Source: Alphaproteobacteria bacterium | GTDB taxonomy: Bacteria > Pseudomonadota > Alphaproteobacteria > UBA8366 | DNA length: 64,000 nucleotides | Assembly: GCA_009377445.1 (NCBI GenBank) | Contig: WHUA01000001.1 | Coordinates: 902,725-966,724 of the forward strand | Direction: 5' to 3' | In this document: positions 11,192 through 20,516 of the stretch, in pieces | Position numbering within the stretch: position 1 is the first letter of the stretch | Layout: each line of letters begins with the position of its first letter | Position numbers and translations under genes: made by a program | Notes under the pieces: model-generated | What the model was told of the DNA's origin: nothing | Databases searched by the model: none | What the model saw: only the letters and a program-made list of their open reading frames with translations

Positions 11192-11710
11192 TCAGCGGTT
11201 GAAGCCGTGGAATTCGTCGGCGACCAGGATGACCACCGGCCGTTTGGTGCGGTCCGCCTCTTTGAAGGCGATGGAGATGCGCGGCGCGTCGGCGTCGCTC
11301 TCGACCAGGTAGTATTGCAGGCCGAAGGCATTGATGAAGCGCTCGGTATAGGTGGCGGCGGTGTCCTTGTTGACGCCGTGGCGCGTATAGCCGCGGTAGC
11401 CGACCATGAGGACCACCGGAATATCGAGTCCCATCAGCCAGCCGCGGATGGAATCGCCCGACTCCATCATGCCCGTGTTCTGGATCAGGATGATCGGCTT
11501 TCGGCCGCCGGCGGAAAGGCCTGCGGCAATCGAGCAGGCATGGCCTTCGCGGCTGACGCCGACGAGGCGCAGGTCGGGGTCCGCCTTCATCAGCAGGTAT
11601 AGCCAGTTCGTCTCGCTGTCGGGCAGCCAGACGACGTCCGTCACTCCGTTCTGCTTCATCTCCCGGTGCACGATGTCCGGGCTGAGCACATTCGACGATG
11701 CGTCGCTCAT
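11192..11710 (-). CDS. Split TPP-dependent decarboxylase, alpha (Pyr-domain) subunit
   Basis: ORF 11192..11710. At 172 aa it has a ComD/Ppd-like core: VSREGHACSIAAGLSAGGRKPIILIQNTGMMESGD. There is an 18-nt gap to the beta subunit. Confidence 0.7.
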   Translation of the reverse strand: MSDASSNVLSPDIVHREMKQNGVTDVVWLPDSETNWLYLLMKADPDLRLVGVSREGHACSIAAGLSAGGRKPIILIQNTGMMESGDSIRGWLMGLDIPVVLMVGYRGYTRHGVNKDTAATYTERFINAFGLQYYLVESDADAPRISIAFKEADRTKRPVVILVADEFHGFNR

Positions 11711-12070
11711 CGGTGTTCCTCATGGCGCGTGGTTGGGCGGATAGGTGGACCGGCTCTGAGGCGCCCTGCGGCGCGGTGGTCCGGCGTCGGTTGTCTCGCC
11801 TATAAGTTCCGTCGCACCGGCGGCGCTGTCAAGCCGAAGCCTGCGCGGCGGCAACAGGGCGCCACGGCGGCCGGTTGCGAAATGCGCAGCGGATGGCTCG
11901 AGGGTGGTAGCAAGCTCCCGAATTTGCCCGTAATTCGACTTGGACTTTCCCACTGCCATTATTATGGCGTATGCTGACTCGAAGCCTCAACTGAAGGCTA
12001 GGTTCAAAGACCGTCATTCGGTCGATAAGAACAATAAGAATGAGAAAACAGGATATGGAGGAGCACGTTC

Positions 12071-13669
12071 ATGATGCGGGTATTATACCTATCCATGGTG
12101 GCAGTATCGCTGGCTGGCCTGGTTTCCGGCAGCGGCGCCGCCCTTGCACAGAAAAGCGGTGGCATTCTCAAGATCTACCACCGCGACACGCCGCCGAGCG
12201 GGTCAATTATCGAAGAAGCGACTAATTCCACGCTGTCACCCTATATGGGGGTCTTCAACAATCTGGTCATGTACGACCAGCACAAGCCCACGAACAGTCT
12301 GGATACGATCGTTCCGGATCTGGCGACCGAATGGAGCTGGAACGACAAATACACGCAGCTCACCTTCAAGCTGCGCAGCGGCGTGAAATGGCATGACGGT
12401 AAGGCCTTCACCGCCAAGGACGTGCAATGCACTTTCGATCTCCTCCTGGACAAGGCCAAGCAGCAGCTTCGTAAGAATCCCCGCAAGGCGTGGTTCGGGA
12501 ATCTCGACAAGGTCACGGTGGACAGCGAGGGTCAGGCGAGCTTCCACCTGAAACACCCGCAGCCGGCCTTCATCGCGCTGCTGGCGTCCGGTTACTCGCC
12601 GATCTATCCGTGCCACGTGCCTCCGGCGAAGATGCGGACGCACCCGATCGGCACCGGCCCGTTCAAGTTCGTCGAGCTCAAGCAGAACGAGCACATCAAA
12701 TTCACCAAGAACAAGGACTATTGGAAGAAGGACAGGCCCTATCTCGACGGCATCGAATGGACGATCATCAAGGCAGTCGCGACACGGACATTGGCCTTCG
12801 TCGCCGGCAAGTTCGACATGACCTTCAACGCGGATATCACCATCCCGCTGCTGAAGGACATTAAGGCCCAGGCGCCCAAAGCCATCTGCGAGCTGCGGAC
12901 GACGAACGTCAGCACCAACTTGATCGTCAACCGCGACAAGCCGCCCTTCGACAATCCGAAGATCCGTGAGGCGATGGCGCTGACCATCGACCGCAAGGCG
13001 TTCAACGACATTCTCGGCGAGGGCCAGCTGGTGCTCGGCGGGGCCCTCCTGCCGCCGCCGGACGGCGTATGGGGCATGCCGCCGGAAGTTCTGCAAAAAG
13101 TGAAGGGCTATTCGCCGGACGTCGCGGCCAATCGCGCGGCCGCCCGGAAGATCATGGAAGGCCTGGGCTATGGGCCGAACAAACGCCTCAACGTCAAGGT
13201 TGCGACCCGAAATATCGCCACCTATCGCGATCCGGCGGTCATCCTGATCGACCACCTGAAGGAGATCTACATCGACGCCGAGCTGGAAACGGTCGAAACC
13301 AGTAACTGGCATGCCAAGGTGGCGCGCAAGGACTACATGGTCGGCCTCAACCTGACCGGCCTCGGCGTGGACGATCCGGACGCGCAGTTCTACGAGAACT
13401 ATGCTTGCGGGTCGCAGCGCAACTACACCGGCTACTGCAACAAGGACCTGCAGAAGCTCTTCGACAAGCAGTCGATGATGACGGACCAGGACGCGCGCAA
13501 GAAGCTCGTCTGGGAAATCGACGCGAAGCTCCAGGAGGACGGCGCGCGGCCGATCGTCGTCCACAACAAGAACGCAACGTGCTGGCACCCCTACGTCAAG
13601 GGCTTCACCATGATGACGAACAGCCTCTACAACGGCTGGCGTCTGGAAGACGTATGGCTCGATAAGTAA
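12071..13669 (+). CDS. ABC transporter substrate-binding protein, family 5 (peptide/nickel/opine type)
   Basis: ORF 12071..13669. GGAGGAG lies 8 nt upstream. Signal peptide MMRVLYLSMVAVSLAGLVSGSGAALA. DppA/OppA-like length (532 aa). Followed by two permease and two ATPase genes. Confidence 0.85.
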   Translation: MMRVLYLSMVAVSLAGLVSGSGAALAQKSGGILKIYHRDTPPSGSIIEEATNSTLSPYMGVFNNLVMYDQHKPTNSLDTIVPDLATEWSWNDKYTQLTFKLRSGVKWHDGKAFTAKDVQCTFDLLLDKAKQQLRKNPRKAWFGNLDKVTVDSEGQASFHLKHPQPAFIALLASGYSPIYPCHVPPAKMRTHPIGTGPFKFVELKQNEHIKFTKNKDYWKKDRPYLDGIEWTIIKAVATRTLAFVAGKFDMTFNADITIPLLKDIKAQAPKAICELRTTNVSTNLIVNRDKPPFDNPKIREAMALTIDRKAFNDILGEGQLVLGGALLPPPDGVWGMPPEVLQKVKGYSPDVAANRAAARKIMEGLGYGPNKRLNVKVATRNIATYRDPAVILIDHLKEIYIDAELETVETSNWHAKVARKDYMVGLNLTGLGVDDPDAQFYENYACGSQRNYTGYCNKDLQKLFDKQSMMTDQDARKKLVWEIDAKLQEDGARPIVVHNKNATCWHPYVKGFTMMTNSLYNGWRLEDVWLDK

Positions 13670-13679
13670 CTGCGTATAC

Positions 13680-13718
13680 GGCCGGCGCCGGCGGTCCGAC
13701 GGATCGCCGGCGCCGGCC
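13680..13718 (+). terminator. Intercistronic GC stem-loop after the binding-protein gene (possible partial terminator or mRNA stabiliser)
   Basis: Perfect 14-bp stem GGCCGGCGCCGGCG / CGCCGGCGCCGGCC with an 11-nt loop, 11 nt after the stop at 13669. There is no clear U-tract. Confidence 0.45.
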
Positions 13719-13795
13719 GAAGCGCAGCCATACCGTCCCGTCATGAGAAGCAACCTTGACATTGCTTGCGCCGCGAGGCGCACCGGAGGTGGCCG

Positions 13796-14743
13796 TTGTC
13801 GACTTACCTGGTAAGACGCTTTTTCCTGATGATCCTGACATTGATCGGCATGTCGATCGTCATCTTCGTCATGCTGCGCCTCGTCCCGGGCAATATCGCC
13901 GATATCCTGTTCGACTCCGCCGGCTTCGTCGATCCGGCGGCAAAGGCCAGGCTCGAAGCCGAACTCGGCCTCGACCTGCCGATCCCCGTGCAATACGGGC
14001 ATTGGATGGGCGGCCTGCTCACAGGCGATCTCGGCATTTCCTATGTTTCCGAAATGCCGGCGGCCGAGGAGCTCGCGCCCCGCATCCCGATTACCGCGAA
14101 GCTCGCGGGGCTGGCGCTGCTTTTCACCGTCGCCTTCGGCCTGCCGCTCGGCGTCATCAGCGCGGTCAGGCAGAATACGACTCTCGACTACATCCTTCGC
14201 ATAATCAGTCTCAGCGGCTTGTCCTTGCCGTCGTTCTGGCTGGCGTTGCTGATCCTCATGGCGTTCGTGCGATACTTCGACTGGATGCCGATCTATACCG
14301 AGGAGCCGGCGACCCTATGGGATGAATTGCTGCTGCTCAGCGTGCCGGCTGCGGCGGTGGGATTTCGAAGCTCGGCGCTGGTCATGCGCCTGACTCGGTC
14401 ATCGATGCTCGAAGTCATGCGCCAGGACTACATCCGGACGGCGCGGTCGAAGGGCGCGTCCGAAAACGCGATCAACTACCATCATGCCCTGAAGAACGCG
14501 GTCCTGCCGGTCGTTACCATCATCGGCATCGAGGCGGCGTTTCTCATCGGCGGACTCATCATCACCGAGACCGTCTTCAACATCCCGGGCGTCGCTCATT
14601 TCCTCGTCGAGGCGATTCTCAAGCGGGATTATCCGATCGTGCAGAACCTCGTGATGCTGATTGCGGTGATCGTGGTGGTGGTCAACTTCGCGGTCGACCT
14701 GCTGTACGCGGTGTTGGACCCGCGGATCAAATATGCCGATTAA
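13796..14743 (+). CDS. ABC transporter permease (DppB/OppB-like)
   Basis: In frame with ORF 13766..14743. TTG 13796 is preceded by GGAGG at 13785-13789 and gives the typical N-terminus LSTYLVRRFFLMILTLIG. The alternative start is TTG 13766. Confidence 0.85.
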   Translation: MSTYLVRRFFLMILTLIGMSIVIFVMLRLVPGNIADILFDSAGFVDPAAKARLEAELGLDLPIPVQYGHWMGGLLTGDLGISYVSEMPAAEELAPRIPITAKLAGLALLFTVAFGLPLGVISAVRQNTTLDYILRIISLSGLSLPSFWLALLILMAFVRYFDWMPIYTEEPATLWDELLLLSVPAAAVGFRSSALVMRLTRSSMLEVMRQDYIRTARSKGASENAINYHHALKNAVLPVVTIIGIEAAFLIGGLIITETVFNIPGVAHFLVEAILKRDYPIVQNLVMLIAVIVVVVNFAVDLLYAVLDPRIKYAD

Positions 14744-14775
14744 CATAACGATACTCCTGGAAAGGAGCTGACGCA

Positions 14776-15669
14776 GTGGCGGACATCGACCATAAAGCCG
14801 AACTGGCCAAGGCAGGCGCCTTCGTCGAAGGATGGTGGGGCTCGGTCTTCTTCTTCATACGGCGTTATCCGCTGGGGGCGGCGGGCGCCGGCATCATGAT
14901 CGTCTTCGTTCTCTCGGCGGTGTTCGCGAATTTCATCGCGCCGATGGATCCGCTCCAGACCAACGCCGCGGCATCCCTCGAATCTCCCGACAGCACATAT
15001 ATTCTCGGCGCCGACAAGATGGGCCGGGACAGCTTCAGCCGCATAATCTACGGCGCGCGCGTCTCGCTCATCGTCGCGGTGTCGTCGACCCTGCTCGGCG
15101 GGATCATCGGCGTGTTCCTCGGGCTGATGTCGGGTTATTTGCTCGGCTGGTTCGATCTGATCACGCAGCGCCTCATCGACATCATGCAGGCATTGCCGCT
15201 GCTCGTCATGGCGCTGGTGATGGCGGCCTCGCTCGGGCCGTCGATCGAGAACACCATCATCGCCATCTCGATCCCGCTGGTGCCGCATGCTGCGCGCGTC
15301 GTCCGCTCGAGCACGCTGTCGCTGCGCGAGATGCCTTTCATCGAAGCGGCCCGCGCGGGCGGCATGAGCGAGCTTCGCATCGCCATCCGCCACATCCTGC
15401 CGAATACGCTGGCGCCGCTGATCGTTCTGTTCACGGCGCAACTCGGCTCGGCCATCCTCGTGGAAGCATCGCTGTCCTTCCTCGGGCTGGGCGTGCCGGA
15501 GCCGCATCCGTCCTGGGGCCGGATGCTGTCGGAGTCGGCCGCGGAATACGTCCGCTCGGCGCCATGGCTGGTGATCTTCCCCGGCATCGCGATCAGCTTT
15601 GCGGTATTCGGGACAAACCTGCTCGGCGATGCTTTGCGCGACATGCTCGATCCCAGGCAACGAAGCTGA
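14776..15669 (+). CDS. ABC transporter permease (DppC/OppC-like)
   Basis: ORF 14776..15669 with a GTG start. Multi-TM BPD-transporter core. Confidence 0.85.
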   Translation: MADIDHKAELAKAGAFVEGWWGSVFFFIRRYPLGAAGAGIMIVFVLSAVFANFIAPMDPLQTNAAASLESPDSTYILGADKMGRDSFSRIIYGARVSLIVAVSSTLLGGIIGVFLGLMSGYLLGWFDLITQRLIDIMQALPLLVMALVMAASLGPSIENTIIAISIPLVPHAARVVRSSTLSLREMPFIEAARAGGMSELRIAIRHILPNTLAPLIVLFTAQLGSAILVEASLSFLGLGVPEPHPSWGRMLSESAAEYVRSAPWLVIFPGIAISFAVFGTNLLGDALRDMLDPRQRS

Positions 15670-15696
15670 GCGGGTGCGGGACAATGAAAACGAAAC

Positions 15697-16788
15697 ATGC
15701 TGCCGGACATTCGAATGGCTGACATCGCAATCGAAAGAATGGAAACAGTCGAGGATAGCGTGACAACAGTCCCCGATCCGGCCGAGACGGTGTTGGAAGT
15801 GGATGGCCTCAGCACTTATTTCTTCACCCGCGGCGGCGTCGTCAGGGCGGTGGACGACCTGTCCTTCACGCTCGCGAAGGGGGAAACGCTCGGCATCGTC
15901 GGGGAGTCCGGTTGCGGCAAGAGCATGACGGCGCTCTCGATCATGCGGCTCGTGCCGACCCCGCCGGGCCGGATCGTCGCCGGCGCCGTCCGCCTCAACG
16001 GCGAGAACTTGCTCGAGCTCGACGAGTCGGCGATGCGCGGCCTGCGCGGCAACGAAATATCGATGATCTTCCAGGAGCCGATGACGTCGCTCAACCCGGT
16101 GCTGACCATCGGCTATCAGATCAGCGAAGCCTTGACGCTGCATCAAGGGCTGTCGCGGGCCGATGCCATGAAGCGGGCGGTGGAGATGCTGCGTCTCGTG
16201 CGGATACCCGAAGCCGCGCAGCGGGCCAAGGAATACCCGCACCAGCTTTCGGGCGGCATGCGGCAGCGGGCGATGATCGCGATGGCGCTGTCGTGCAATC
16301 CAAAGGTGCTCATCGCGGACGAGCCGACCACCGCGCTCGACGTCACCATACAGGCGCAGATCCTCGACCTTATCCTCGATCTCAAGGACAAGCTCGGCAC
16401 CGCCGTCATCCTGATCACGCACGATCTCGGTGTCATTGCCGAGACGGCGCAACGCGTCGTCGTCATGTATGCGGGCCGGAAGGTCGAGGAGTGCGACGTG
16501 GACGGTATCTTCGCCGAGCCGCTGCATCCCTACACCAACGGCCTGTTGGCGTCGGTGCCGCGGCTCGCCATCATGGCCGGCGAAGAAGAAGCGGCCGGCC
16601 GCTTGACCGAGATTCCCGGCATCGTGCCGGCGCTGAACGATCTGCCGGCCGGATGCGCCTTCTCGCCCCGCTGTCCCTTCGCGGATGCGCGATGCCACGC
16701 GGAATACCCGCCCTACGAACAGAAACGCCCCGGTCATTGGGCGGCATGCTGGCACACGGAACGGCTCTATGGAGGCAAGAATGGCTGA
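15697..16788 (+). CDS. ABC transporter ATP-binding protein (DppD/OppD-like)
   Basis: ORF 15697..16788. Walker A GESGCGKS, signature [15 protein letters not shown], Walker [14 protein letters not shown]-terminal oligopeptide-type Cys-rich extension. Alternative ATGs at 15715 and 15739. Confidence 0.9.
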   Translation: MLPDIRMADIAIERMETVEDSVTTVPDPAETVLEVDGLSTYFFTRGGVVRAVDDLSFTLAKGETLGIVGESGCGKSMTALSIMRLVPTPPGRIVAGAVRLNGENLLELDESAMRGLRGNEISMIFQEPMTSLNPVLTIGYQISEALTLHQGLSRADAMKRAVEMLRLVRIPEAAQRAKEYPHQLSGGMRQRAMIAMALSCNPKVLIADEPTTALDVTIQAQILDLILDLKDKLGTAVILITHDLGVIAETAQRVVVMYAGRKVEECDVDGIFAEPLHPYTNGLLASVPRLAIMAGEEEAAGRLTEIPGIVPALNDLPAGCAFSPRCPFADARCHAEYPPYEQKRPGHWAACWHTERLYGGKNG

Positions 16789-17797
16789 AGTCCAGGCGAG
16801 CGAGCGACCGGCGCGCGCCGCACCCGCGCGGGCCAACGCCCCGGTGCTGGAAGTCGCCGGGCTCAAAAAGCATTTCCCGATCAAGAAGGGCCTCCTGTCG
16901 CGCACCGCCGGTCACGTCTACGCGGTCGACGGCGTCAGCTTCTCGATCGGCGAAGGGGAAACGCTGGGCCTGGTCGGTGAAAGCGGTTGCGGGAAATCGA
17001 CCGTCGGCCGCACCGTCCTGCGGCTGATCGAGCCCACCGAAGGATCGATCAAGATCAACGGCACCGACGTGACCAAGCTCGGCAAGGGCGACCTCAGGCC
17101 CTACCGGCGCGAAATGCAGATCATCTTCCAGGATCCCTTTTCCTCGTTGAACCCGCGCATGTCGGCCGGCGACATCGTGGGCGAGCTGCTACACGTGCAC
17201 GAGATCGCCGAAGGGAAGGACAAGGAAGACCGCGTGGCCGGCCTGTTCGAGCGTGTCGGCCTCCGCAAATCGCAGATGAAGTCGTTTCCGCACGAATTCT
17301 CGGGCGGCCAGCGGCAACGCATCGGCATCGCACGGGCGCTGGCGCTGAACCCCAAGCTGATCATCGGCGACGAGCCGGTGTCGGCGCTCGACGTCTCGAT
17401 CCAGGCGCAGGTCATCAACCTGCTGATGGACCTGCAGAAGGAATTCAAGCTTTCCTATCTGTTCATCGCGCACGATCTCGCCGTGGTCGAGCACATCAGC
17501 CACCGCATCGCGGTGATGTATCTCGGCAAGATCGTCGAATATGCGGACAAGAAGACGCTGTTCACCAATCCGCAGCACCCTTATACCGAAGGGCTCCTGT
17601 CCGCGGTGCCGATTCCCAATCCCAGGATCAAGCGCGAGAAGCGCATTCTCCAGGGCGACGTCCCCAGCCCGGTCAACCCGCCCTCCGGCTGCCATTTCCA
17701 CACCCGCTGCCCGTATGCCCAGGCGCGGTGCATGGTCGAAGCGCCGGCGCTGAAGCAGATCGCGCCCGGCCACAGCGTCGCCTGCCATTTGCGGTAG
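16781..17797 (+). CDS. ABC transporter ATP-binding protein (DppF/OppF-like)
   Basis: ATG 16781 overlaps the upstream stop (ATGGCTGA), in frame with ORF 16685..17797. [36 protein letters not shown]. Confidence 0.9.
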   Translation: MAEVQASERPARAAPARANAPVLEVAGLKKHFPIKKGLLSRTAGHVYAVDGVSFSIGEGETLGLVGESGCGKSTVGRTVLRLIEPTEGSIKINGTDVTKLGKGDLRPYRREMQIIFQDPFSSLNPRMSAGDIVGELLHVHEIAEGKDKEDRVAGLFERVGLRKSQMKSFPHEFSGGQRQRIGIARALALNPKLIIGDEPVSALDVSIQAQVINLLMDLQKEFKLSYLFIAHDLAVVEHISHRIAVMYLGKIVEYADKKTLFTNPQHPYTEGLLSAVPIPNPRIKREKRILQGDVPSPVNPPSGCHFHTRCPYAQARCMVEAPALKQIAPGHSVACHLR

Positions 17798-17805
17798 GTC
17801 TCAGA

Positions 17806-17985
17806 GGTCGGGACAAGCGGGCTGCGTGCTTCGTCCCTCGACAAGCTCGGGATGAGGAGGCTCAGCACGAGGTTTTTCTTAATGCCACGAAGATTCCCCC
17901 TCATCCTGAGCTTGTCGAAGGACGCACGGCATTCGTGCAAGGTACGCAAATGCGATTGCCCTCCCCCGCAAGGAGGGAGGGAGAA
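17806..17985 (+). repeat. Intergenic imperfect-palindromic repeat, family 1, copy A (REP/MITE-like, no coding capacity)
   Basis: Aligns along its length with 50541..50716 and with the reverse complement of 39437..39572. Internal inverted arms CGACAAGCTCGGGATGAGG / CCTCATCCTGAGCTTGTCG. The 3' end has the hairpin CCCTCCCCCGCAAGGAGGGAGGG. Confidence 0.85.
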
Positions 17986-18010
17986 ACCTTCGTGAACCCG
18001 AACGGATGCG

Positions 18011-18382
18011 TCACACCCAATAGGGATCGACGTTGTAGTAGCGGTGTACCTGCTCGCCCCACTGCCGGTCGTTCATGTCGATTTTTTCGCTGGGCGAATA
18101 GGTCGGCGCTTTTTCCAGCACCTCCTTCGACATCGGGACGCAGTAGCCGTTCTTCTCCGTGTCGTATTCGAGCGTCGACCACGGGAGCGGATGATACTTC
18201 TCGCCCATGCCGAGGAAGCCGCCGAACGACATGACGGCATACGCCACCTTGCCCGACATCTTGTCGATCATGACATCTTCCACGGTGCCGAGCTTGTCGC
18301 CGCTGCTGTTGTACACCACCGTTCCCTGAACCTTGTCCGCCGAGATCAGGCGATGGGTTTCATTGGTATCAAGTTGTGCCAT
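18011..18382 (-). CDS. PRC-barrel domain protein
   Basis: ORF 18011..18382, 123 aa. Typical PRC-barrel pattern LISADKVQGTVVYNSSGDKLGTVEDVMIDKMSGKVAYAVMSFGGFLGMGEKYHPLPW. Confidence 0.85.
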   Translation of the reverse strand: MAQLDTNETHRLISADKVQGTVVYNSSGDKLGTVEDVMIDKMSGKVAYAVMSFGGFLGMGEKYHPLPWSTLEYDTEKNGYCVPMSKEVLEKAPTYSPSEKIDMNDRQWGEQVHRYYNVDPYWV

Positions 18383-18417
18383 GGGTGCCTCCAGTGCTGA
18401 TTGGTTCGTGCATCATC

Positions 18418-18443
18418 AACGGGAGGCAGGGGTCGAATGTTCC
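18418..18443 (-). promoter_or_regulatory. EcfG-type (general stress response sigma) promoter for the PRC-barrel gene
   Basis: The minus strand reads GGAAC (18443..18439), 17 nt, CGTT (18421..18418). The -10 element lies 36 nt upstream of the ATG at 18382. Confidence 0.7.
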
Positions 18444-18456
18444 AGCCCGCCCGGCC

Positions 18457-18482
18457 GGAACCCGCCGCCGCGTCTCGCCGTT
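18457..18482 (+). promoter_or_regulatory. EcfG-type promoter for the DUF3008 gene
   Basis: GGAAC (18457..18461), 17 nt, CGTT (18479..18482). AAGGAGG at 18507-18513 and ATG at 18521 follow. Confidence 0.7.
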
Positions 18483-18520
18483 GGTACCGTAAACCGCCAA
18501 TTCGGAAAGGAGGCGAACCC

Positions 18521-18706
18521 ATGCCAGCGGTTTCGAAAGCGCAACAGAAAGCGGCCGGCGCCGCGCTCGCCGCCAAGAGAGGCGAGCTGAAGGTGTCGGA
18601 GCTGAAGGGCGCCTCCAAGGACATGTACAAATCCATGTCGGAGGCGCAGCTCGAAGAATTCGCCTCGACCCGGCGCAAGAGCCTGCCGCGCAAGAAACGG
18701 AGCTGA
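18521..18706 (+). CDS. DUF3008-family small protein
   Basis: ATG 18521 in frame with ORF 18401..18706, with a strong SD (AAGGAGG) 7 nt upstream. 61 aa: MPAVSKAQQKAAGAALAAKRGELKVSELKGASKDMYKSMSEAQLEEFA... matches my recollection of this family. Confidence 0.75.
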   Translation: MPAVSKAQQKAAGAALAAKRGELKVSELKGASKDMYKSMSEAQLEEFASTRRKSLPRKKRS

Positions 18707-18710
18707 CCGG

Positions 18711-20342
18711 TTAGAAGACCGAGATCTCGGTCTCCTTGCAGGTGATGAACTCCAGCAGCGCCGGCGTGCCGTTGCGCGTCTGCTCGATGCCGCGCTTGAT
18801 CGCGGGGATGATCTCGCTCGGCGCGGTCACCCGTTCGCCGTAGCCGCCGAAGGCGCGCGCCATCGCCGCGTAGTCGCCGGAGATGTCGGTGCTGCGGTAT
18901 TTCTCCGTCGAGACCGGCATGACCTTCAGCTCGATTGCCATCGAGAAATTGTTGAGCAAAATCGACAGGATGGGGATGCGCTCCCGCACCGCCGTCTCGA
19001 AGTCCATGCCGGTGAAGCCGATCGCGGCGTCGCCCCAGACGTTGATGCAGAGCTTGTCCGGCTGCGCCAGCTTCGCCCCCATGGCGAGGCCCAGGCCGTA
19101 GCCGAGCTGCGTGGTCTTGCCCCAGCCGATGTAGGACAGCGGCGTGTCCGCCTGCCAGAAGGGGGAGAGCTGATCGCGCGGACTGCCGGCGTCATGGGTG
19201 ATGATCGTGTTCGCACGGTCGACCGTGTTGGCGAGGTCCCAGATCACCCGGTAGGGCGAGAGCGGTGCGTCGTTCGACTGCAGCTTGTGCCGCCATTTCT
19301 CGAACCACGGCTTGCGCACCTCGGCGATTTCCGCCTGCACCTTCCCCGCATCGCGCGCCGTGCCGCGGAGCCGGTCGGCGACCGCCTCGTTGAGCGCGTC
19401 CAGGATCAGCCCGGCATCGCCGATGAGCGCGTCCTCGCAGGCCACGTCCTTGTTGACGTCGATCGGGTCGAGCGTCGCATGGATGATCGCCTTTCCCTTC
19501 GGCATGGTGACGCCGAAGTTGGTGTCGGTGAAGCTGCAGCCGATGCCGAAGATGAGGTCCGCGTTCTGCAGGAAGTGGTGCACCGGCTTCGGCATGGACC
19601 GGCCGCCCGAGCCGAGCGCCAGCGCATGCCCTTCCGGAAAGGCGCTTTTGCCGCCGAGGCTCGATGTCACAGGCGCCGCGAGCAGCTCCGCCAGTTTCCG
19701 CAATGCATCCCACGCCTTCGCATAGTGGACGCCCTGTCCGGCGTAGATGACCGGTCGCTTCGCGTTCACCAGGGCGGCCGCCACGCGGTCGACATCGCGC
19801 GGGTCGGCGCCGGACCGCAGCGTTTTCGTCGGCGTGTAGCTCAGCTCGCCTGGAAGGTCCTGCATCATCAGGTCGGACGGGATCTCGACCATCACGGGAC
19901 CCGGACGGCCGCTCCGAAGTCGCGTGAAGGCGCGGCGGAAGGCGTGCGGCACTTCGGATGCGCTGATCAGCGGCTCGACCGATTTCGTCACATGCTGGAA
20001 ATTGAGGGTCGAGTTGAAGTTGGGATGGACATGCGCCTTCCGCGTCGCGTAGCCCATCGGCAGGACCAGGATCGGCGAGGACTCGCCGTAAGCCTGGGCC
20101 ACGCCGCCGAAGGCGTTCTCCGACCCCGGCCCGTGCTGCATCGCAAAGACGCCGAGCTTGTCGCCGCTGGTGACGCGCGAGATCGCGTCCGCCATGTGCA
20201 GGCCGATGCGCTCCTGCCGGCAGATGATGCTGCGGATATCGGCGCGGGCGGCATATTCCAGTACGTGATTCACGGGATAGCCCAGAATCATGTCGATGCC
20301 TTCGCGCTTGAGGATTTCGGCAATCGCTTCGACGGCTTTCAT
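18711..20342 (-). CDS. Thiamine-diphosphate-dependent enzyme (acetolactate-synthase-like), substrate unknown
   Basis: ATG 20342 in frame with ORF 18711..20477, with an AGGAG SD upstream. MKAVEAIAEILKREGIDMILGYPVN...; TPP motif GDAAIGFTGMDFETAVRERIPILSILLNN. Confidence 0.8.
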   Translation of the reverse strand: MKAVEAIAEILKREGIDMILGYPVNHVLEYAARADIRSIICRQERIGLHMADAISRVTSGDKLGVFAMQHGPGSENAFGGVAQAYGESSPILVLPMGYATRKAHVHPNFNSTLNFQHVTKSVEPLISASEVPHAFRRAFTRLRSGRPGPVMVEIPSDLMMQDLPGELSYTPTKTLRSGADPRDVDRVAAALVNAKRPVIYAGQGVHYAKAWDALRKLAELLAAPVTSSLGGKSAFPEGHALALGSGGRSMPKPVHHFLQNADLIFGIGCSFTDTNFGVTMPKGKAIIHATLDPIDVNKDVACEDALIGDAGLILDALNEAVADRLRGTARDAGKVQAEIAEVRKPWFEKWRHKLQSNDAPLSPYRVIWDLANTVDRANTIITHDAGSPRDQLSPFWQADTPLSYIGWGKTTQLGYGLGLAMGAKLAQPDKLCINVWGDAAIGFTGMDFETAVRERIPILSILLNNFSMAIELKVMPVSTEKYRSTDISGDYAAMARAFGGYGERVTAPSEIIPAIKRGIEQTRNGTPALLEFITCKETEISVF

Positions 20343-20516
20343 TGGCGGCGCTCCTCTTGTTCTGCCGGATGCTCCCTGGATTCGATAGCCTCGCACGAAA
20401 GGGCTTCGCGTTCCAATGGCGGAGCGGCTTATCGGCCTCGCGCGGCGCAAGAAGTTTGGCCGGCCCGACGATCGCATGTTACGGTTTGTGCCACGTCAAC
20501 CGGAGGCAGTGGAACG

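Noticed and set aside
11711-12070. Possible TPP riboswitch or sRNA in the 360-bp gap between the split TPP enzyme and the ABC operon
   Set aside because: There is no CUGAGA/ACCUGAUCUGGAUAAUGCCAGCG-like THI-box. Only weak promoter-like hexamers and a 5-bp hairpin are present. It is treated as ordinary divergent promoter DNA.
14740-16905. 721-aa minus-strand ORF
   Set aside because: It is antisense to the DppC/DppD-like genes, which have clear Walker and permease motifs. Its composition is Arg/Asp/His-rich and featureless.
20343-20516. Possible cobalamin or SAM-II riboswitch upstream of the MetE-like gene
   Set aside because: The 174-nt divergent region lacks a B12-box-like core and lacks the AAAGCU and other conserved SAM-II elements as I recall them. 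It is too short to hold both a divergent promoter and a cobalamin aptamer.
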